NCBI GenBank assembly: GCA_026936335.1
Contig: JAPMXV010000046.1
Coordinates: 124,001-188,000 of the forward strand
Reading direction: 5' to 3'
DNA length: 64,000 nt
DNA from: Mantamonas sphyraenae STR306
Taxonomy: Eukaryota; Protista; CRuMs
Under the pieces are notes generated by a model. That model saw only the letters and a list, made by a program, of their open reading frames with translations. It was not told the origin of the DNA and searched no databases. The position numbers and the translations under genes were made by a program. Positions 57,093 through 64,000 of this stretch are shown here, piece by piece (the first letter of the stretch is position 1; the number at the start of each line of letters is the position of its first letter).

Positions 57093-58420
57093 TTAAACTG
57101 CCTGCACGACGTTCATCTGGGGCTCGGGCGGGATGTAGGTGTACGTGAGGTCGTTCTTGACACCCACGATCTCACGGAAGGCAAACACGCCGACGAGAGC
57201 AGCCACGGCCGAGCTGGGAATGATACCAACGACACAGGCAAGCACACCGAGGACAGCGACGGCGACCTGGACAAAGAACAGACCAATGGAGTTCCAGAAG
57301 AAGCGAGCGACGATGTGGCGGGACACGCGCATGGCACGGAACACACCGATGTGCTGGTACTCGCAGATGATGGGCACGGTAAACATCCACAAGCGGCCCA
57401 ACACAAAGTTGATGATGCCCAGGTTGAAGGCGCTGAAGAACGAGGTGACCAACATGTTGACGGCGGTGAAGCCGACAAGGCGACGGATGTGCTTGAGGCT
57501 GGCAAAGGTGTCGCTGAGAGTGACGCTGTCGTTGTTGCGGAACACGTGAGCACAGGCCATGTAGAAGGAGGCAGCGGCGAGGGTCATCAGCACGGCCGAC
57601 GGGAACTGGATGATCGCGATGAACGCCATCAGCTGGGGCGGCATGATGGTGGGTGCATCCTTCATCATGTTGTCGCCGTCCATGGACTCCTTGGCCACTT
57701 GGTTAAACACTCCGGTGGTCACAAACACGGCCGAGACCACGCCCGACCAGATCATCATCAGCACGACCCACACAAGGCCCAATCCCAGAAGCGCAGACCA
57801 GTTGCGCTTGAAAAAGTGCCACGACTCGCGCACAAGTTTCATGTGCTGCATCACAGGCTCCTCCTGTTTCAAACCCATGTACGGCTGACGTCAGCGCTGG
57901 GACGTTGGCGAGGAAGAACGGAAAAAAAAAACGGGGGATTGGGTTTGGCGGAAAGGGCCGCGAAGGGAAAAAGCCGTACCTGGGTGTCGCGCAGCTGACG
58001 CACGCGTGCCATCAGAATCTCGCCTGTCTCATCGCCTTCGGTGTGGCCGTAGCCCATACCTGTGCGAGTGCCTGCGGCCTGCGGGTGACCTGTGGCCGGT
58101 ACGGCGGTGGCAACGACGGGCACCGGGCGGGAGGTGTCGACGGCGCCCACCGTGTACATCGGGGTGCCCTGAGCGTACGCCATGGTCGGGTACATGGGCG
58201 GTGCGGTGGCACCGTGCGAGTGCGGGTACTGGTGCTGCGATTGGCGGGCTGAGGCGCCGAGGGGCTCCAGGGGCACCTGCTTGGCAAGCTCAGCCTCCCT
58301 CGTGTACTCGGCAGGCTGTGGCTCGGCCTGAGGAACAGCCACCACAATGGGCTGGTTGGGTGCGGCTGGCGCAAAGTCATCCGCGTCCGATGTGGAAACT
58401 CGCTCGTAGCCACGGGGCAT
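57093..58420 (-). CDS. Multi-pass membrane protein with Pro-rich N-terminus, one intron
   Basis: ORFs 57869-58504 and 57093-57878 are joined by a GTACGG..AG intron. About 5-6 hydrophobic helices. Confidence 0.6.
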
Positions 58421-58476
58421 GGTTTCCAAGGGGTTTTCGTTGGGCAGCCTCGCGCACTGAACCAACCACCTCCACA

Positions 58477-59712
58477 ATGGAACACAGCGACTCGGATGTG
58501 GCACTTGTGGCAGGAGTCATGTGCATTGCCATTCTGATCCTGCTGCTCTTTCTTCTGATCTACACACGGACATTCTCCACGTCTGCGGTGACGCGCTCCA
58601 GGCACATTCTGCGGCTGACCAGGGGCCACGTGCACATGGTCCACAAGCGTGTGCTCACCCAGGAGCTCATTCTGAACGACACAGCCACTGCACGTCATGT
58701 GAAGAACCACGAGACGGAGGCCACGGTCCACGGCCTGCCTGTGTTTCGTCGGGTGGCCGCACGGGCCATCTTTGTCGACTCGGGTGAGCTCGACGTACGC
58801 ATCATCCTCCAGAGCGACCGAGCCGTGGTCGACCAGGACTTTGGTCCTCCTGACGAGAACCTGGACGAGTTGCGTGCACTGCTGGCCCAGTACCCCACCA
58901 CTCCGCGGCCGGAAGGGGTGCAGGCGCGACTGGGTCAGCTGCTGTATGCCAAGGACAACCAGACGCTGGGAATGCCTCTTCCAGACATTGTCCAGGCGTA
59001 TGGAGGACAAATGACTCCGCACTGGGAGCTGGTGTGTGCCAGCAACTCGTTGCAGTCCAACTTTAAGGTTGCCAACGGCCTCCTTGTCGCAGACGGCACT
59101 CTGGTGACCAAACAGGCCCGTGCCATCCACCAATTCGAGGCATGGAAGCCCATCAGCGGCACGTTTTCGGTCTTTGTCATTGAGCCGCTGGCCATGGTCG
59201 GCTTGTCGCGCATTGAGGTCGAAGAGGGAGAAATCGTCTCTGTGAACGGCATCAGCACGGACAACTCTGTATATTCCATTCAAAATGCCATTTCGGGTCC
59301 GCCCATTGTGCGCAACCGCACGGCTGTGGCTGTGCAGCAGCGTGACGCGGCAAACCACGCCGCCGCACGCAGCGACCAGGTCAACTGGGACCCAGCCACC
59401 ACACGTGCATCCTGGTCGGCCATAGGCTACACCATTTCGCAGGAAACACGCAAGCCGCGCCTGGTGTTGGCCCACATCATTGGCCTCGACCCCGAGTTTG
59501 CTCCCACCGTGGATGTCATCACCCAGATCATGCTTGAGCTCGGCTGCATCGACGCCATCCTCCTCGGTGGTTCCGCAGACGTGCAACAGTACGTACGTGG
59601 AGGTGCACCCGAGTACATTATTTCCCGTCCACGAGCCTCTTCGCAAACACAGAATGCTGGCGTGCGCAACCTGGGCGCGTCCATCCTCGTCTTCACCGAG
59701 GCAGCGTCGTGA
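58477..59712 (+). CDS. Type II membrane phosphodiester glycosidase (NAGPA-like), divergent
   Basis: N-terminal TM anchor, NGLLVADG, AISGPPIVRN, SWSAIGYT, MLELGCIDAILLGGS. Confidence 0.6.
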   Translation: MEHSDSDVALVAGVMCIAILILLLFLLIYTRTFSTSAVTRSRHILRLTRGHVHMVHKRVLTQELILNDTATARHVKNHETEATVHGLPVFRRVAARAIFVDSGELDVRIILQSDRAVVDQDFGPPDENLDELRALLAQYPTTPRPEGVQARLGQLLYAKDNQTLGMPLPDIVQAYGGQMTPHWELVCASNSLQSNFKVANGLLVADGTLVTKQARAIHQFEAWKPISGTFSVFVIEPLAMVGLSRIEVEEGEIVSVNGISTDNSVYSIQNAISGPPIVRNRTAVAVQQRDAANHAAARSDQVNWDPATTRASWSAIGYTISQETRKPRLVLAHIIGLDPEFAPTVDVITQIMLELGCIDAILLGGSADVQQYVRGGAPEYIISRPRASSQTQNAGVRNLGASILVFTEAAS

Positions 59713-59734
59713 CACCCACAGCCCTTTGCACGGC

Positions 59735-62700
59735 TCACACAATGCCAAACCCGGTGGCTCCTTCGGTGATGGCCAGATCGAGCTTCTGGCGCAGTACGTC
59801 GATGTCCCGGTAATCCGGCAGATCCAGAGTGTAGAAGCAGACGTGAGAGCGAGGCAGCATGGACTCCACCGGCTGTCCCTGCTCCTGCACCATTCGATTG
59901 ACCACAAGTCCGTTGCGCAGAAACGGCGATGCAGCGTTGGGATTCTGCAGACCGCCAAATGGCAAACGGGTCACCCCGGCCACAAAGTAAAGGAAGCGAC
60001 GTAGCTGCTGTTCGTCATACTCACCCAACACCGTCAGTAGATCCGCCGGTGTGTTGCTCTCGGCCGAAAAGTCGACGAATTGTAACAGCTTGCGCACCGA
60101 GTCCACGTCAATCTCCTCCTGGCCGCACATGAGCACCATCAAGTCATCCGCACTCAGCAGCTTCAAGGCCGCCCCGAGGTCGATGTCTTGGAATCCTCTG
60201 CGCATGGCACGCAGGTGTGGTTCCACACGGCCCACCAGCTCGTACTGAACTTTGGCTTCAATGTAGGCGTGCTTGTTTGCGTCTGTAATCTTGCGCCACG
60301 CGTCTTCGTCGTGGTCCTCGCCGTCTTCCGCCTGTGCCACGTCCTTGTTCTCCGGCGGCGACAGTCCCATCTTCAGAGCCAACAGGCTCTCCATGTACAT
60401 GTCCCATTGTTCGATATCTTCTGTGTCGCGAATCAGTCGCAGATGCTTCGCCAGCTGGCTGTCATACTGCTGCAGGTCCTGGAACGTGGGCGGCAGGCCC
60501 AGCAGATACTTGAACACACTGGGTGCCAGAAAGTCCACCACTGCACGGCCGTCGTACAGGCCCTTGACCATCACGCGGCCCAGTGTGCGGTAGATTTCCA
60601 TCCCCGAGTTCTTTGCATCGGGCAAACATTTGTTGGTTACGCTATTGGGAGCAGGAAGAAAGAGTCGGATGGGAGTGTCCCTGTCTGTCAATCCCAACTG
60701 GTGACCACACGCCTGGCGCCAGAACTCGGCGTACATCTCCGTCAGTACGCCGCCTGTGTCAACGCCCGGTTCGCCGGCAAATGTGATCTTGAGCCGCTTC
60801 ATCAGCTGTGTGCTATCCAGACACGCCAATTTCGAGAGAACATTGTCCACAATGGCGCCTCTCTCGATCTCAATGGGAATGACCGAGTTGTCGTAGTCGT
60901 GAACGCGGTGCATCAGTTGGATGGCCTGGTGTACGGCAAGCACCTTTTGGGCCTGGGACACCACATGGTTCGACAGCGCCAACTCGCTGACCATCGAGCG
61001 GGTGAACAGTGGGTGCCGCAACGCCTCAGAAGCGCGCAGCCGCTTGGCGGGGTCGCCCACAAGCAGCTTTTCCAGGAGGTCGCGCACAAGCTCGTACCCA
61101 TGGATGATGGAAGGCTGCTGCTGCTGTTGATGTGTGTTCCCGCCGCTGGAGGAGGAGGAAGACGACGATGATGACGATGCTGTGGACGCCGAAGCCGTGC
61201 TTCCGCTCGCGTTGGGGATGCTGACATGCTTCTGGCCCGACAGCAGCACGGGCCATCCATGGTGTGGAAAGTACGCCCTGTACATGAGCACCCCCAAGGC
61301 CCACATATCGCTTGCGGCGTCACATTGCTCGCGTAGAAGCACCTCTGGTGCTGTGTAGTGCTCGGGTACTCGGTCTCGCACACGGTCAATGAGCTCGCGA
61401 CGCTCCTGCTCGTTGTTCAAGCTGCCCAGGTCGCTGGCACAGTCACAATCGGCCAATAGGACGCGTTGCTGTGTGGCGTCGTAGACAAAGCTGCGCGGAT
61501 GCACCATTCCGTGCACCAGGTTTGCACTGTGCAGGTGTTCCAGACACTGCACAATCTGCAAAAACACACTTTGCAGCGCACCCACAGTGGCTGCCTCTTG
61601 CAACGACGATGCCCATTCGGCCAGGTGCTCGGCAAACTCGCGCGTGTGCCTGCGTGGCATCTCCATGTACGCCGTCTGCTCGTCAAAGAAGAGACAGTCG
61701 ATGGGCAGTATGCTGGGGTGCGCGTGGTAGTTGTGCACGTACATGAAGCGTTCAAAGTCTTTGCGATTCACCACGCCTCTGTTTCCGTACAGCACGTACG
61801 AGCGCAGCAGCACCGAAGCTCCGTCCTTCTTGCGCACGGCCCGTTTCGAACGCGACCATTCGTCCAATTCCTCCAACTGCACATAGTCGTCCACACGTCT
61901 GCGCTCGTCCATACGCACAACACTCTGCTTCTTGGCCATTTCCAGCTGCTGCGCAGGCAACAGGGTTCCTTTCCCCGAGCTCTCCGGCACCCCCACTGTC
62001 CCTATGCCCACCATGGCAAACATCTCCGGGTAGCCCTTTCGTCCCATGTCCATGAGTTCGCCACGTGTCACCTGCACATCTGATTGCAGTGTTTCCAGCT
62101 GGTGTTGCAGCGTGGCCATTTCCTGTTGGTACTCCTGCAGTTGGTCATCCAGACGCTTCTGCACGTCGTCGCTCACCTCGTCTTCCAGATCCGCTGTCAA
62201 CTTCAGATCGTTGAACTTGTACTGCACAAAGTTGATCTGCCGCTTGACGTTGATCATCAACTTTTCCTGCTGCTGCGCCTTGAGCACAAACACATCCTTC
62301 AGCGATGCTTGCTTCTGTTCCATCAGCAAGTCGTTCGTCATGCTTGTGTATCGTTCCAGTACAGCCGCCGCTCCATCCTCTTCCAGGCGCTTCAGTTCGG
62401 CCTCCAGCTTGCGCACCAAATCCCGTGTGTACGACACCAGGTTGCGGCACGCCCCGGGTGCCATCGATTTGATCTGTTTCACCAAGTTGAACTCCACCTG
62501 CATGGCGCGCGACAACTCCTTCAGGAACCCGTCCGTCAACGAGGAAAAGTTGCTCATGCAACCTGCCACGCTTTCCATCCACTTGCTCAAGGATTCGCAC
62601 TCTGCTGTAATTTGTCCCGGTGTCCCGCTACCATCTGATGTTCCCTGCTCGTCGTCTTCGAGACTACTGGGAGGATCCAGTGCCTCGAGGTTGTCCAACG

Positions 62701-64000
62701 CCTTCTCGGCCACATCTTCCGTCTCACTCTCCTGTGCGTTGTCAGCATCCTCATCCGTCCCAACGTCATCCGCTGAATTGAAGGACGCCGAGGACGCCGA
62801 GGAGGAGGAGGAGGAGGAGGAGGAGGAGGACGAAGGCCGCGCAAACGGGTTGCGGGCGTTGGCCATCGCCCCAGCGACGCTCGCCATGCTCTCGGGCTCA
62901 CCGTCCAGGTCTTCGGCGGACTGGTCGACAAAGGCCAGATTGGAGGAGCAAAGCGCAAACGCGGCGTTTGCACTGGCCTTGTTGAGCGCTGTGTTGAGCT
63001 CGGCTATCCACTTGCGCAGCTGGTTCATGCGGCTGGCTTGGGCCAAGCCTGCACGTGGGAGCACCTCCAGGGCATTGCTGTCTCGCATGGCTGTGAGTGT
63101 GTTTTGGCGAGCCTCATCGCGTGCGCGAATCGTCTCTTGATGGCCATCCATGTTGCCGCCGACGGACAGTTGCATCAACTGCCGCTGCAGCTGTGTGTAT
63201 GTCGTGTGTGCTTCCTGGATACGTTGCATGCCTCCCTGATCGGGCATCTCTGACTGGAAAACGTCGTCAAAATGGGCCTCGAGCAAAGCGGCCTCCTTGT
63301 CGCGCAGCTCCTTGAGCAGGTTGCGCACGCGTGGGTCCTGCATAAAGTCGAGGCGTGTGCGATCACGATGAAGAGTGCGCCAGGAGGATGCAATTGCGGA
63401 AAACTCGTCGTCCGTGGCTGCCGTTTGGTAGGTGACGTCGAGTGCTTGTTCGTCCAGCACAAGTGCATCGGTGGACATCCACACGTCCCCGTCCGGCGTG
63501 TATGCACTACCACCAATGCTCAGAACAATGTCTGCGCGAGCCGTGCTGAACGCTACTGCAGCGTGTGCTGAGCGAGCAAGCGCATCCGGGTTGCTTTGCG
63601 TGTCCGCTTTGCGGTACCACATCATGGTGTCGATGTTGAGCACGTGTGTATCACTCAATGTTCTGCGGCTGTTGACGTTGTCATAGGGTTGGTACATGCC
63701 GCCAAAGACCACGAGCTTGTTGTCGACAACAGACGCTGTGTGCTTGCCACGCGCAGGGGGGGAAGGGCCGCGCGGCTCCAGCACCTGGGAGTGCAACGAG
63801 TCTGTTCACAACCCGGAAGGGAGTCAAGTGGCGCGTACACGTGTGAGCGGGTAAGTGAGTGAGTGAGTGAGTGCGTGCAAACATGTAACAAAGACGGAAA
63901 ACCGCTCCCCTTACCCAGATCGAGCACCTGCAGCTTGGTAAAGTAGCGGCGTGTGCCCGGATGGTGTCCTCCCAGAATGACAACCTTGTCACGAACCACA
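59735..64000 (-). CDS. Kelch - coiled coil - pseudokinase - HECT E3 ubiquitin ligase (5' end beyond window)
   Basis: Kelch PPARGKHTA...LVVFGG. Kinase fold with YTAPE and DMWALG. HECT F.GEPGVDTGGV..E and LPRSHVCFYTLDLPDY with the catalytic Cys. Intron ~63791-63915. Confidence 0.9.

Noticed and set aside
63850-63872. (GTGA)n repeat as telomeric or regulatory
   Set aside because: A short microsatellite inside an intron of the HECT gene.

Overview
Gene-dense eukaryotic DNA from a flagellated protist, judged from short GT-AG introns, intergenic gaps of tens of bp, and genes for BBS9, TTLL, FBF1, SPATA4, RB and ARP4. The species cannot be determined from the window. The main finding is an ~11.7 kb mobile element at about 28758-40458 on the minus strand, inserted between two divergent host genes. 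It carries (i) an intact DD34E IS630/Tc1 transposase with a PAX paired-like N-terminus. It carries (ii) a spliced giant gene (~2,840 aa after correcting 3 indels in the repeat) that fuses an N-terminal USP/peptidase-C19-like deubiquitinase domain, ~1,000 aa of unknown sequence, ~48 copies of an acidic 22-aa repeat, and a C-terminal Fanzor1-type RuvC/zinc-finger nuclease with an intact D-E-D triad. It carries (iii) a ~175-nt hairpin-rich tail where the omegaRNA/fRNA scaffold is expected, and (iv) tentative ends that rebuild a CA-TA-TG target with TA duplication. I read this as a candidate Tc1-mobilised RNA-guided Fanzor with a deubiquitinase fusion. Other unusual features are a 3-copy array of non-cleavable ubiquitin-Ig fusions, a Kelch-pseudokinase-HECT ligase, an FBF1 with a CEP164-like WW module, and a four-module adenylyl-cyclase-like membrane protein. 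All family calls come from reading motifs by eye. No searches were run.
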